Positions 1-13,951 of a stretch of DNA of 64,000 nt are shown here, piece after piece. The stretch lies in assembly GCF_009914755.1 (NCBI RefSeq), contig NC_060936.1. One strand, given 5' to 3'. Every line of letters starts with the position of its first letter. Position 1 is the stretch's first letter. Both the position numbers and the translations under genes were made by a program. Under the pieces are notes generated by a model. That model did not search any database. It was not told where the DNA came from and saw only the letters and a list, made by a program, of their open reading frames with translations. This DNA is from the human T2T-CHM13v2.0 reference genome, Homo sapiens.

Positions 1-312
<312 letters not shown>

Positions 313-662
313 TCACAGCAGTACCCTGTAATAGAAAACAGAACATCAGTAAAGTGTTTCTTAGTTAGACTTTTGTAACATTTGCTTGCTGTGTACCAGT
401 TAAATGATTTTCAGTGGTAGACCTTGCCTAGAGAATTTTAAGACCTAGTGTTCTACAACCCTGGCATCGTCTGGTAGATCCAATAGATGAAACAGCTGCT
501 ACATATTTTTTAATATATCTGATAGCTGAAAGGGTTAAATAATATAAACCTGTCAATGTGCTACCAATGTTAATAACCCGGTGCTGCTGATTTAAAAGTA
601 AAGAACTACGTGAGCCAGTGCAGGTTCATGCTTCATTTGTTTATATATTCATTCGTTTTTAG

Positions 663-742
663 TGTTGGAAAACCTTGGACAGACAATTGTCCCCGATTTG
701 GGATCACTGGAAAGTCAGCATGATTTTCGAACCCCGGAGTTT
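663..742 (+). CDS. ANO6: ANO6 exon 2 (80 nt; phase 1 start, phase 0 end): (V)LENLGQTIVPDLGSLESQHDFRTPEF
   Basis: Acceptor tcgtttttag at 653-662, donor TTT|gtgagt at 743; translation matches ANO6. Not present in the ORF track. Confidence 0.95.
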
Positions 743-3700
743 GTGAGTACTATTCCTTTATCTTAAATTTGTATTCTTAAGCTAAGAGATTTTTCACAAA
801 ATGAGAAAAAAGTTCTTTTATGAATTCATTCCTTCAATGGCTGTAGATCCTACATAGATCTTATTGCAGGGACTGTGCGTTCAGAGCTCTGGTGTCTCTT
901 GGGAATAGGTTGCTGAACTTGATTGTGTAAGCATCATGGTCTATAGGTTTGTTCTTCATATTGTTCATGTAATTGCAAATGGGAGTTCACTTTGTAATAA
1001 AATAGCATCTTGTTTCTGAAACTCCTGTTCCATTCATTGATACCATTGCTATCAGTATCTGTTGTTAGTAACTCTGGAAAGCAGTCTTTAAGCATATACA
1101 GGTATATTGACCAGTGCCAGTCACTGGTAGCGAACATAGTCTACTTTCCCTTTCATCCTGGAGCTTTCAGTGATACAACCTACATGTATCTTGTAGGGCT
1201 AGGAATATTCTGTTGGTTGTTTCTACCAGAAGGGAACTAAATGCTCCCATTAAATTGGACTCATTAAAGATTAGCCATGGTTCCTACCCTTAAGGAATTA
1301 AAAATCTTATTAGAAGCTACTATGATTTTATTAATGCCTTTTTTAAAGAAAATTAAGCACATAGGATGCCTTGTGCAAAATATCCTTAGTAAATAGATTT
1401 TTACATTAGGCTCATTTGGAGGGCGGGGATGGGAACAAGTGTTTCTGTGACTCATGTACCATATTATTGCACCAGATATGTAGGAAAAACATGCCAGGAT
1501 CCACTTACATTTCCTGATTTTTGTCCCTGCTGCAAATGGCCTACCACTTTAGGAGTGCAGAAATGTTTTTTTATTTATTTTCAATGTGATATACAATCAC
1601 CACTCCAGTAATTGGCAGAGCACAATTGTATTATTGGTAAAGACCAAAAAAACCTCATTATGTGCTTTTTCTGTTCTTGCTCACTCTTTATGGATTGCCT
1701 AGTCAATTCAACCAAGAGTAAAGAAACTAGAGAGTGCTCTGGACTGAAAAGGGATGGCACATAAAACTGTATCCACAATGCCATTTTATTTCAAAGTGTG
1801 GGACTCCTGTGGTGTACTAGCAGATTGCCTACTGTGAAAATCACCTGGATATAATAGAAAGACGTAGTATTCAATGACTTCCCTATTATATTCAATAAGA
1901 TTTCTGGTAAAGGGAAATTGTGCATGCCCACCAATATTCCTGCATCTTAAAGTAGCAGAGCAATTTTGTGGGTTTTCTAACTTTTGCAGTTAGAGACCAA
2001 AAGCAGAATTGACACAGATATTTCACATTTGAGTATGATACTGGTAGACACTCATGAAGCTGCCTCTTTTTTTTGTTGTTTTATTTTTGGCTCCTTTTGT
2101 TGATACTTTTCAAGCAACATATCTAATCTAAAAAGAACTGTGTGCAACAAGGTGTTGGTGCGCCTGGTAAACCTATACATAGTTCGCACCAATTCCCTAT
2201 GTGAAAATAAAAGTATTTTCCTCAAGAACAGCCTTGAGTGTATTGCGATGTTGCAGACTGGCAAGTCTCGGCAGTTTGTTGCCACAGATAAGGCAGATAC
2301 ACTGATAATCTTCCTCCACCTTCAGCATTAACTTCTTGAGTACCACATTTTCCTTTTCAAAGTGGAAGAAGACAGCTAGTCTAAGCTAGAATGCCCAGGG
2401 GTGGAACTCCGGGCTCACAGAATACATTTACCTTATTGAAAGACTTGTTTTCACAGTGAATCTGAGAACACCCAAGCTGGAAGGAGATTCTTGGGCTAAA
2501 TCCCCACTTTTTTATTTTTCAGTCTCACGCTTACAGAATTATTGAGAGTCATATTGTTAGACTGCATTGATGGCATTGAAAACTGTTAATCACAATATCC
2601 CTGTATGTGTGGTTGATAACAGATTTCTGTATCCTGGCTATTATCTTTCTCTAGTTATGGGTTCATAACATGTTCGGGAGAGAATCTGGGATTTTCTTGT
2701 GCTTCGTAGATTTTCACACATCTGATGCTCATTAAGGCCACTTCTTTGTGTAACATGTAAATAGCTGCTGTGTTTTCTCCTTAGCATCAGCTTAGCCAGT
2801 GTACTCCCAGTTCCACAGTAAACATAAACTGCTGTCTCCATGGTAAACAAACAGAAGGTGTAGAAGTGGTGCCTTGAGAACAGGGTGCCCAGAGGAATCA
2901 AGCATTATATTTAAGCTCAGCTCTTTTTGTAGGCAGAAGCTTACAGCGTCAGTGAAAATGGGTGGCTCCCATTGTATAGGCAGGCAAATGCCAGGACAAA
3001 ATCAGGTAAGTTGATTCAAGCCACATTTTAAAATCAGAAATGAGTGTCACAGTACAAACCTGAGAGCAGAAAGAACCCAAAGGCAAAGCAAAATTGAAGA
3101 AAGAAGACTGAAAAGAGGAATAAAAGGAGGTGAAAAATCAATATTCTGTTTTTCTCCATCTGGCATTTTGGAAGGTCCAACTGCAGTTTGTGGAGTTGAA
3201 CCGAAATAAAGCAAAGCCTAGTTCATGTTTACTCGGGCCTTATCCTCAAATAGTTCAGATTTTAGAAGGATCAAGAGCCTAGTGTTTTTATACAATGGGG
3301 TGTATTTATAGAGTTTGGCTAACAGGGAAACTAAAATGCTTATCATTATTAGTTCATTTCCTTCAGAATTTCTGTTTTTCTTTCCTTTGAAACGAGGCCT
3401 AAGAGAACATTGCCAGTTGAATAGTCTTGGCCGCTGGCATCATAAGCACATTCAAGTTTTCCTTCACAGCTGAGGTGTCTCTAATGTGACTAGTTAGGTA
3501 AAGCCAGCACTGCTGTATAGTGTGCATATATCACAGTGAAATAAATGCTGCTGTGAACCTCCCACGTGGCCTGGAGACCACAGCCTACCTTGCTCTTGGC
3601 AGCATCCCCAGTGGCTTCTTCTCTCACTTGCTGCGGAGTTTGTCCATTGATTACATGTCACCTGCATATCTGTGTTGCTCTTCTCCAGCTCCTGCCCCAC

Positions 3701-5329
3701 TTTGCAGACTGAGGCAGATAAGTTTAGCTAAACTATGCAAAAATGGTAAGTGGTGAATAGAGATGTGAACATAAGGTGCATGTGTTCTTGCTACCCCAAA
3801 GCTTAGGAGCTGGGAATGTGTTGAAACTAGAAACTGTGACATAGACACACTCCAAAGTAAGATGGGTGTGTGGGTAAGAGTCCAGGTGAAAGGGACCCGG
3901 CAAATACTGGCATTAGAAAGTAACTTGATGATCTTGCTGTGGTGGGAAACTGTCCCAATCCTGGTTCAGTTTTTTGTTTAAGCACAATGAAATCTGTTTT
4001 ATAACTCGTTTCATTAACATTTTATCTTGAACGTTTTCCCACACTGTTTTGTTTTCTCCAACATTGTTATTGTCTCTGACATTATTTGTTGAATATATTG
4101 ATAAGCATAACTAATCCATTGTTACTTTGAAAGCAGTTAGTTCAAGGAGGATGTAGTCAGGAAAATGGTGGCATAGCCAGATGTTCTGGAACTATGTGAA
4201 TGGTGACTATCATTTGGGGACATGGATGAAAATAGATTAGGTGCATGATGACTCTGGGGAAGGGAATCAGTTAAAGTGAGGCTGGGAACTGAGGACCAGA
4301 GACTCAGATAACCTTGTAGAGTTCCGTCTTAAAAGTAGAGACTTCAGAAATAGGCCATGTGATTGAAACTGAGGATGGGGAGGCGTCCACATGGTGATGG
4401 AGCAGATAAATGTTGTTCTGCATGTGGTTGCATGCAGGATATCCCACACTTCCCTTAGTTTGCCCAATCCCAGGTCTGGTTAAGAGCAAAGGAGATCTAA
4501 GGGGCAGTCATGGCGGGCCCATTAGACCCCAGGTTGATTCCAAGCCCCAAGGAGTTGAAAAAAAAATAACTGGAGGTGCAGGGGGAGCAGTAATGGTCAA
4601 GGCTATTTCTAGAAACTCTGACTCTGTTGACATTGACCCAGGAACTCAGATGGGCCAGTTGCCTGAGTACACATGAGCTGAGGGATGGGGTGTGGGAAAG
4701 GATTCTGATCTAGCAGTAGTGAATCTGCTTGCAGCAAGCTGGAAGATACTGCCATGGATAGAAATCAGGCTGTGGTCAACATGAAAACACAAGGAAAGAG
4801 AAGGCCAAGGAATTACGTTTTATGATCTGAGACTGACATTTTCCAGCCTTTCTAGAACTCGAGGTTATATATAACCCTACTGACTTTTGAGAAGCTGGAA
4901 GATTCTTCTTGCCTCTGATCTCATGCCAACCGAGGATGTTTTTCATTGCTTAGTCTCTACGAAATTTGGAATAAATAATAAGAAAGAATTTGGGATGGCA
5001 AAAGAGTATTAGGTTTATAATAGGATAAATCAGGGAAGATGATGAGAAACCATAGGATTTAGAAAGGCTAAATAGAAAAATAGGCTCAGGAAGATGAAGA
5101 TTAAAGGAGAACAAATATATGTCCCATTAATTAAGTGTCACAGATACACAGAGAAGGAAGTCTGAAGAGTAATTATCCCCCTGAGATTTTGTGTAACTGA
5201 CTCCCTTTTTGAAGGAAGATACTACTTTATAGAAAAATATTTTTGATTCCCTGAAATTCAATTTTTGATTATCTTCAACCATATGAAAACACATGTGATC
5301 CCAAGGAAGAGTTAAAATATTAATTTACT

Positions 5330-6695
5330 AAAATATTCATTCGATATCTACTATTTTAGGTGAAGAAACAGGAAAAAAAAAATCCCTGCACTTGTGAAGC
5401 TAACATTTTGATGGGGGAGACATAAAACACAAACGTCAGATAATCCTGTAGAGAAAAAGTAGGGATTATTTGTGTGTATGTGTTGGGGGGGTGGTGACAG
5501 TTTTAAATAGGGTGTTTAGGGAATATCTCACTGAGAAGTTCCAAGTGAAAAAACCTCAAGGTGCTGCTGGAGCAAGTTCTTTGGAAATCTGGAGGAAGAG
5601 CATTCCCAGCAGAAGGAGTAGCATAAACAGGTTTCGAGGTAGGTGAGTTTGTTAGATACATTTAAGGAAATGGAAGACCACTGTGGCTGGAGTAGAATGA
5701 AAGATCGAGAGAATAATAGATATGAGGACTTCATAGGCCATTGTAAAGACTTTGGTTTTACTCTGAGTTGGGAAGTCATTTGAGGGTGAGCCTTTGGAGG
5801 GTAAACTGGCAGATTTTGAGCAGAGGAGCAACCTGAACTGCCCTGTTTTCATAGGATCCCTTGGGCTGTCCTGAGAATAGATTATGGAGGAGCAGAGCAG
5901 GGGCAGAGAGACCTATTAGACTTTCTCAGGAATCCAAATGAGAGATGGTGGTGGGTTGGTCCTGAGTGTTAGTTATGGTGATAGAGAGACATACTCAAAT
6001 TCTGAATACATTCTGAGGGTAGAAGCAATAGAATTTGTTGACAGATCAAATGTGAGCTGTGCGAGAAAGAGCAGTCAAGGAATGACTCTAAGTTTTTGAC
6101 CCAGAAGTCTGTGGAAGGAGCAGTTTGGGGAGAGGATATGCAGGAGAAAAATCAAAATTCTGTTTTGGATATGTAAAGTTTGAGACATTCAGGTGGAGAG
6201 GTCAGTATGCAGTGGGATATGTGAACCTGGAGTAAGAGTTAAAGAGGGGGGCCCAACCCCCGATGTGAGAGTTGTCAGCACACAGGTGATGTTTAAAGCC
6301 ATGGGACGAAATGAGAGCAGCAAGGAAAGGAGTGAGATAGAATAGAGAGGAGATGCTGGACTGAGCCCGGGGGCACCAGTGTTTACAGGTCACGGAGATG
6401 AGGAAAAATCAGCAGGACAAGCTGAGCCATGAGGAGCCAGTGAGGTGGGAGGAAAGTGAAGAGTCTTGGAAGCCAAGTGAAGAAAGTATAAAGTAGGAAG
6501 GAATGACCACATTCTGATGATGGAGAATTGACCATTGTATTTAACAATAGGGAAAAGACCATGACAGGAGGGGTTTGGGTTGAGTGGTAGAATCCAAACC
6601 TTATTAGAAAGGATTCAAAACAGAATGGAAGAAGAGGAACTGGATACAGAGAATTTAGGTAACACTTCCGTGTGTGTGTCTGTGTGTGTGTGTGT

Positions 6696-6731
<36 letters not shown>

Positions 6732-7950
6732 CAAGCAAGAACACAGAGAAAGGGGGTAGTACCCGGAAGGGTGATTACCGTGAAGAGAGTTTTAAGATGG
6801 CAGGAATTACTGTTTGTCAGGTAGTGGGAGCAGTTCAGTAGGGAGAGAAAATCTGATGATGCAAGAGTGAGAGGGAAGGATTACTGGAATAATGTCCCTG
6901 AGAGGGCAAGAAGGGAATCCCGTCTATAAGTGGAGGGATTGGCCATAGCTGTAGGGACTGTTCCTTCTTAGAAGTAAGAGGGAAGCCAGCATATTGGGAC
7001 ACAGATGAAATTAGTTCAGTAGATTTGATAGGAGATTGCGGAAGCTTTTTCTTGATTGGTTTTCATTCACCAGTGAAATGGAAAGCAAGGCATTAGCTAA
7101 GATTGAAGAGGGAAATGGGATCCGAAGTGAGGAGAAAGGGGTGAGACACTCATCTGGAAGAGTGGGAAAGTGAATGCACAGGGGAAATGGAATGTCATTG
7201 CTGGCAGCGATGAGAGCCTACTCAATGGTAGTGGTCATGGTCAGGGTTGGGTGGTTGTGTGTTTTTCCCATTCAAATCCAGCTTGAGGGGAGCAAGTATA
7301 GAATAGGCAGAGTTTGATTTAACCAATTTGGAGAGTGAGAGAGTAGGCTAACTAGAGCAACCTGGAAAAAGTTTTAGGATTTCTGGGCTGTGGCCAGGGC
7401 CTGTGTGGGGCTGATGATCCTGAATTTATAGTCCTACCACACTGCCCTGCTGTGTGGCTTTCTCCAGCATCATTCAGACAGCAAGAAAGCAGATAGCAGC
7501 CCTCAGCCAGAGTTGGGGCTTTGTAGATGGACATTATGGAGAGTACAATATTGGCAAGATGTCACTGAAACAGTGTGCTCTGGAATGTGGCCCTAAAGAT
7601 GGAAGGAAGGGAAGAAAGAAGAGGGTTGGCAGATTGATTAGAAAAAGTCGAGGGGCCCCTGGGGTCTTGTGAAATGAGTAGGTAATGTAGTTGTGGTCAG
7701 AAAGAGGGATTCTTAAATAAGTTCTTTTTGAATATTTCTTAAATAAATGCTTCTTGAATTTTTCAGGATGGCAAGGGCTGGGGTGGGACTATGGCATTAG
7801 TGCATGAAAGGGAGAAGGTGATTGGCAGTAAGAAGTGAGGCTACTGAGAGGCCAGAATGCATTGGTCATGTCATGTCTCTGGATGCATAGGTCCTGGTCT
7901 GATGAAGGACACACATTGGAGAGGAACATGTGAGCCCAGAATCAGAATTT
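5330..7950 (-). mobile_element. L2 LINE fossil segment(s), antisense to ANO6
   Basis: Typical purine-rich L2 reverse-strand text (gaagagcattcc..., ggacttcataggccattgtaaagactttggttttactctgag, gttttggatatgtaaagtttgag). Boundaries approximate. Confidence 0.7.
6670..6729 (+). repeat. Compound (TG)~13 plus T32 simple repeat
   Basis: gtgtgtgtgtctgtgtgtgtgtgtgt-aa-T32, read directly. Confidence 0.95.
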
Positions 7951-9329
7951 CAGTGAACCAGGAGCAGCAGCTGGGAATTTGGAAATTATAGACTTTAGGA
8001 AGCTTTGGGGTTGTATTCTATTCACATGGACCTGAAATGAATTTTCTTCCAAGAACATTGAGGAGTAATGGTCTGGAAGTGGCACTTGGGAAAAGAACAT
8101 TAATCTTACTTCCTTGCCCTGAGGTGTGAAAGGTATGAGAGAATCAGAGCCAGCTACCCACAGGTCTACAAATTTTTACTTGCAGGTTTTGTCTCAAAGT
8201 GGGTTCAAGGATCTATTTTCACCTTTTTTTTTTTCCCCTGAGTAGTCCAGACTTTGTTTTGGTTATTTCTGAAGCAACTGAATTGGTGTTAGGGCTATTG
8301 AAAAATATTTTGGTCTATTTTATGGTCAATCCAAGACCTTTCTTGGCTAATCCCAGAAACCAACTAAACTCTCAAGGTCTGCCCACAGACTTCCAGATCT
8401 TCAGGATCAGAAAGTCTGAGAATAAGGCAGTACCCTCTTGGTTAAGCATTTTTTCACTTGGACTTACAAAGAAATATGATGACTTTGCCTTGTGTCTTTG
8501 GCCTTAAGCTTGCCAAACTAAAAAAGAAACTCAACCAAAAAAGAAAACCAAACAAAGGAACATTAATTTGGCAAAAGGACTCTGAAAAGGGGGAAATGAG
8601 ATCAGAGAGAAACTGGCTAGTAAGAATTGCTAAATTGGCCCATTTGCTGTGGTAGGAATTCACATGGCATCTCAAGGCTGAAAGCTTTTTGTGCATTCAA
8701 GAACCGAAGGTGATGGAATGTGCATTTTTGTCTGAATATGGAGGAATATTTATTTGCTGTATGTGGCTGAGTCAAAAGCTAAATTTATGGATTTGTTAGG
8801 ATTGGGGAGTATGAGCAAAAGTGCAGCAGTTTAACATGTGAAGATGTCATTTAGAAATTTTTTGGAATACAGAATGTTATTTTCCCAGAGAAACAGTCAT
8901 AAATGGTGATTAAGTTGCTGGGCCCAGCCAGACAAGACCTGCTAAAGCCAATTTAACTCAGAAGGCTAACAAATGATCATTCTGTACTAATAGTCCTCTT
9001 GAACACTCTAATCTTATTTTTTCCATTCTTAGCCTAAAAATGTGAGTGTAAAATGAAAGTCCTGAGTAAGTGAGTCAAGGCTTGTGAAAAAATGCTTAGC
9101 ATGATCAGAGAGATTGATTGATTTTTGAGTTATGTGAGATGATGAAGAAGCAGTGGTCAGCCCACAGTTTAAGGAAGTCAGTTTAACTGTATGAGATGAA
9201 TGAGAAAACAGCTTACTAGCTTCTATATTACTTTTGTCTTTTCTGTTAGTGAAAGTGAACTTTAGATTGATAATGGTTAAAGGTCTGGTGAAGTCTACAG
9301 AAGCTCATGCTGCCCAAGAATATTTTAGA

Positions 9330-10400
9330 AAGGAGTATAATTGTTCCAAATGAGTTAACCAGGGTATTAAAAGAGCTTGTAGATTTGCTTTGGGAAGTGC
9401 AGCCGGTCATCTCAAGGTGATACAGGGACTGGGACAGCTGCCAGAATCTAGTGGGGCAAATGTGACAGTTCTCAAAAAGGGGTGAAGTTAGGGTAGAAGT
9501 TGGGCATAGGCTAAATTCCCATAAATGGAGACACTGGAGCTGAAGCACTAATCTCCATATTCCAGAATGAGATGTTTAAGCAGATGGTTTGTGAATATTA
9601 GAAAAAAGGTCATTAGGAGCCAACATGATGAGTTCAATAAAATAAGTCATCCCAAACTGAATACATTACTTTTTTTTCAATGGAGGTTGTTAGATTGACA
9701 GAATAGGAGAGGGCCACAGACATTTTTGGTGTTTTGATTTTAGCAAGATGTGTGGGGAAAAAATGTATTTAAATACAAAATGAAGAAATGTGTGCCTGGT
9801 GACAGCATGCTTATCTGGGCAGTTATTCTTAAAACTGTGGAATAATGGATGAAAATCAATCTCTAGAGGAGACAAAAATCAATATGAATTAAAGTAAATT
9901 CCTGCCCCTAATTCATAAATATCAGCTGTTTAAGTAAATAGCCTAAGAGCAGAGAGTAATGATGGATCACATGAAATGGCTGGGTATTTGGTTAACGAAG
10001 CTCCGTGTGAATTGAGCATGTGATAACAATGTCAAAAGGTTAATGAAAATCTAGGTCGCATTTGTACCTGTGTCCAGAATAAAGGAAATACTAGGCTTTT
10101 CCTGCTCAGTATTGGTAAAGCTGCCTCTCATTCTGAGTGCTGACTTTAAAAGGGGAGCATATTGAGAGGGAATGATCAGCATGGTAGAAGATCCCGATAT
10201 TTAGGCAAGAACATGACAGCAAGATTTAAATATTTGTCAAGAGTAATTGGTGGATGGCATTGCAAAATGTAGCATTAAGACCCATGAATAGAAGGTATAT
10301 ATGAGCAACTAGATTTCATTTCAGTAGAAAGATTTTCTCATAATTAAAATACCTCACACCTTGGAGGAGATGAAATACAGATGAAATGGATAACAATCTA
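9330..10400 (+). mobile_element. CR1/L3 LINE fossil (RT region and 3' part)
   Basis: CR1-like text: ggggcaaatgtgacagttctcaaaaaggg; ttgattttagcaag (D-F-S-K RT motif remnant); ttctgagtgctgactttaaaagggg. Approximate. Confidence 0.6.
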
Positions 10401-11894
10401 GCATGGAGATAATGAATGCTTGAACCAGGCCATGTCAGTGGGACATGACAATTGGCAATTTCTAATTGATTAACTTGGTAACTGATAGAAAGTGGGGAAT
10501 GAGGGAAAAGAGGTTTCTGTGACATCTCACCCTATTGAGTTTTATGCAGTTCATTGATGTATTTGCATTGCTCCATTTTATGTTTTTTTCCTCATTTAAC
10601 ATATTATTAGCAGCCAAATGATGTAATTGATTAAAACCCTTTCTCCATATAACAGTGTTCATTCTACCTGGTTTTATTCCACTATTTCCAGAAATCCTTT
10701 GCTGTAAAATGTCTCATGAATTCCCACCCCACAAAGTATCACATTTGAAATTCAGCAAGCTATTTGTTATCTGGGGAATGTCAAAATTAATTTGACAAAA
10801 ACATGGGTGAGGAAAGCAGGGAGCCCTGGACATTCTGAACAAAGATGTGATATCAGTATTTACCATGGAACTCATTTGATTATAAGTCATCTAGAAGCAT
10901 AATCACAATAATGGCCAGGAAAGCCACAGAAGCAAAATAATTGAGTTAAAGTTGAGAGTTTGCTGGCAAATAACCTCATCGTATCATGACCTAAAAAGCA
11001 GCATGGATGTAAAATGTTGTAATAAAAATTTAAAGAGAAAGACAGAACTTGGTGGGCATGGACACACAATGTGAATTCACAAGATTCCCAGAAAATTGAA
11101 AAGGAGAGACCAGTGGGATTTCAGCTTCTGCCATCCCTCCTGTATTTTGAACTCTTAATTAATTTGGAAGGCTGAAGGGCTTTGGAAAGATGATTTGAAA
11201 TCTTTTTATTTCTGAGGTCCCATTAGTTAACTGTAGTTTTCCTTATTTTAACAAATAATAATAAAAAGTACATCTTTACTATAAGTCTCAAATGTATTCC
11301 TCAAGTATGTCTCTAGTAAGAAACTATAAATATGCTTTTACCCAGAAAACTCTTAATGGCTTCTTCAAAAGGAACAAGTGTTTACAGCTCCTTCTCCCAA
11401 GTCACTCTTTGAAATGTAGAATAATGTGACCTGACAGATTATAATAACTACCAAACAGCATCTCCATTAATTGTAATGGGCAAACCAATAATATGGATCT
11501 TTATGATGTTAACATGTATTATAATATATCAAGTCAAGACCATACTTGTAGCTGGAATAAAATTTGATTGCAAATTTGTGTGTTTTGTAAAATGCAGGAT
11601 GTGTGGAAAAATTGTAGATTTTTTCCTGACTTCCTTAAAATAAAAACAAATAATGAAAATTTTGACAGGTCATTCAGTGATGCTAATGGTATCACTACCA
11701 TGTCATGTACTTTCATCTACCTTAAGTGTTTTTAAAAAGCAAATATACCATCTGTGAGATATGAAGGAAGAAGATTAAAAAGAGGTGAATTAGATGAGGT
11801 ACTTCTGAGACTTTGGAAGTGTTTTTACTTATTTTTAATTTTCCTTTTTTGTAGGTGAAAGCTATTCTGAAGGTTGCCCTAGGAAGTTGAACAT

Positions 11895-12005
11895 AAGATG
11901 GACTCCAGGGAATTAGAAACCCTGTTTTTCCATGCAACCCTGCTCTCAGACCTCTGTGGACAAGTCGCTTTTCCTTTTAGAACCTCAGTTTCCTCATATA
12001 TAAAA
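11895..12005 (+). mobile_element. MIR fragment
   Basis: MIR core aacctcagtttcctcatatataaaa. Confidence 0.6.
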
Positions 12006-12804
12006 AGCAGAAAGATCAGCAGTAGATATCCTCACTGGAGTGTTGTTCAGTGACTGCACGGTGACTGAGAAACATTTTAGCTATCTTAAAATGATGTTCA
12101 TAATAATATAGTGAATAGTCTTATCTAACATTTATGGATGCTTGTGGTTGGCTAAGCACATTACAGGGAAAGGGCTACCTAGGATTGAAATGGCCACAGC
12201 CCTACATTACTCAGCCCTGCCATACCCCGTATCATTCCCTTTCAAATGAAATCAGAGTGTGTTGGTATCAGGAATTAGTTCTGTTCTTCTTAGAAGAGCA
12301 GGCAAGAGCTTTGATGACTTGTGTGCCTGAGAAAGTACAGTTACAGACACTTAAGTACCTACCAAATTATCAAGAGGTTGAGAATTAATCATACCCAGCA
12401 ATATTATAAAATACCAACAGCACAACCTATCAATAAATAAATATGTTGAGCACTTACACGTGCTAATGTAATTTTCAATGAACTAGAAATAGGCTATTTA
12501 AGTTATGTACTATTTTGAGTAAGCGACTATTAGCTTCACTAAATTTTGGAGTAAAATTTTCATTAAATATTTATTAATCAGTATGCTTAGAGAAATACAA
12601 AGCAGTCTATCTCAACTTTACCCACAGGGCCAAGAGCGGGCATACTGTTCACCTCAGGCTCCTGCATCATCTTATTGTCTGACAGTGTTAGTCGTGCAGT
12701 TGACGCTGGTTGGTTGGTTGATTGAATGAAAGACTATAAGGCAGTGTGTACTGTTTAATGAGTTCTGTTAGGCACTTAGGAAGTGCTAGAGGAGTTCAGT
12801 TAGG

Positions 12805-12976
12805 GTTGTAGTTCTTGCCCTGGCTGTGCATCAGAATTACCTAGAGTGTGCTTTTGAAATATGAAGGCCCAAGCTCCACTTTCATGTGCTTATCTTGGTC
12901 TTAGTAGAACCTAAGTGTGTTTATATAACATTTAAAAGATGACCATAATGTACACCCAGGTTTAAGAATCATTGCC
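12805..12976. mobile_element. MER5A-type hAT-Charlie MITE
   Basis: gttcttgccctggctgtgcatcagaattacct...caggtttaagaatcattg. Confidence 0.6.
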
Positions 12977-12994
12977 TTAGAAAAATCAGGTTTG

Positions 12995-13238
12995 GGCTGG
13001 AGGCCTATAATCCTAGCATTTTGGGAGGCCAAGACAAGAGAATTGCTTGAGCTCAGGAGTTCAAAACCAGCCTGGGCAACATAATGAGACCTTATCTCTA
13101 CAAAAAAAAAAATTATATATATATTATATATACACACACACACACACATATATACATATATACACATATGTGTATATATCTACCAAATATATATATACAC
13201 ATATATGTGTACATATACATATATGTGTATATCTATAT
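12995..13238 (+). mobile_element. FLAM (Alu left monomer) whose A-tail has expanded into a (TA)/(CA) microsatellite; 13-bp TSD
   Basis: TSD aaaatcaggtttg at 12982-12994 and 13239-13251; monomer 12995-13112. Confidence 0.9.
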
Positions 13239-13329
13239 AAAATCAGGTTTGTATTTTTGAAGGAAATGGTATATAGCTCAACCTTGAAGACTACATTTTG
13301 GGAGGTACTGAAATCTGTGCCAGAATCTA

Positions 13330-13545
13330 TATATTGATATAATCAGGATTTTACCAGGTCTTTTGACTGACCTCTGGAGAATGCCCACACAGAAATGGAG
13401 AGTAATCTCCTTTACTTGAAAGTCACCTGATTGTGGATGTTAACCACATCTACAAAATACCTTTACAGCAACACCTTGATTAGTATTTGACTGCATAATA
13501 AATGAGTACCATAGCCTAGCCAAGCTGATATCTAACTATCACAGT
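13330..13545 (-). mobile_element. MLT2-type ERVL LTR fragment
   Basis: gttaaccacatctacaaaatacctttacagcaacacc...catagcctagccaagctga...tcaca. Confidence 0.7.
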
Positions 13546-13750
13546 GGATGTATTACAGGAGGGTGCCCAAATAGCATTACATGAACATATCAGTGAAGGT
13601 GGAAATGAGTGGGTGTGCCCAGTTTGCATTGAGCCTAGAGTTGATCTTGGGAAGTGGGAGGAGAGGATGTTGGAAAGATAATGTGGAATGTAGAAATGTT
13701 GGACTAAAGAGTTTGGGCTTTTGAGCAGAAGAGAGAAAGCAATGCTGTAG

Positions 13751-13951
13751 CAGTGCTGTCCAACAGAACTTTTTCTCATGGTGGAAATGTTCTGCCTCTG
13801 TGCTAACACGATAGCCACTGACCACACATGGGTATGGAGACAACTTGTGATGCAGCTATTGAGGCCAAAGAACTGAATTTTTAATTAATTCTTATTCATG
13901 TAATTTCAATAGCCATGTGTGGCTCATGGCTACTGTGTGGGAAAGCACCAC
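13751..13951. mobile_element. MER3-type hAT-Charlie MITE
   Basis: cagtgctgtccaacagaacttt...tagccatgtgtggctcatggctactgtgtgg. Confidence 0.75.

Noticed and set aside
2052-2331. Overlapping short ORFs with several CpGs
   Set aside because: No recognisable product or motif cluster; cannot be supported without conservation data.
8199-8696. Cluster of 65-102 aa ORFs as a possible processed pseudogene or nested gene
   Set aside because: No recognisable protein similarity, poly(A)/TSD or splice structure; consistent with chance.
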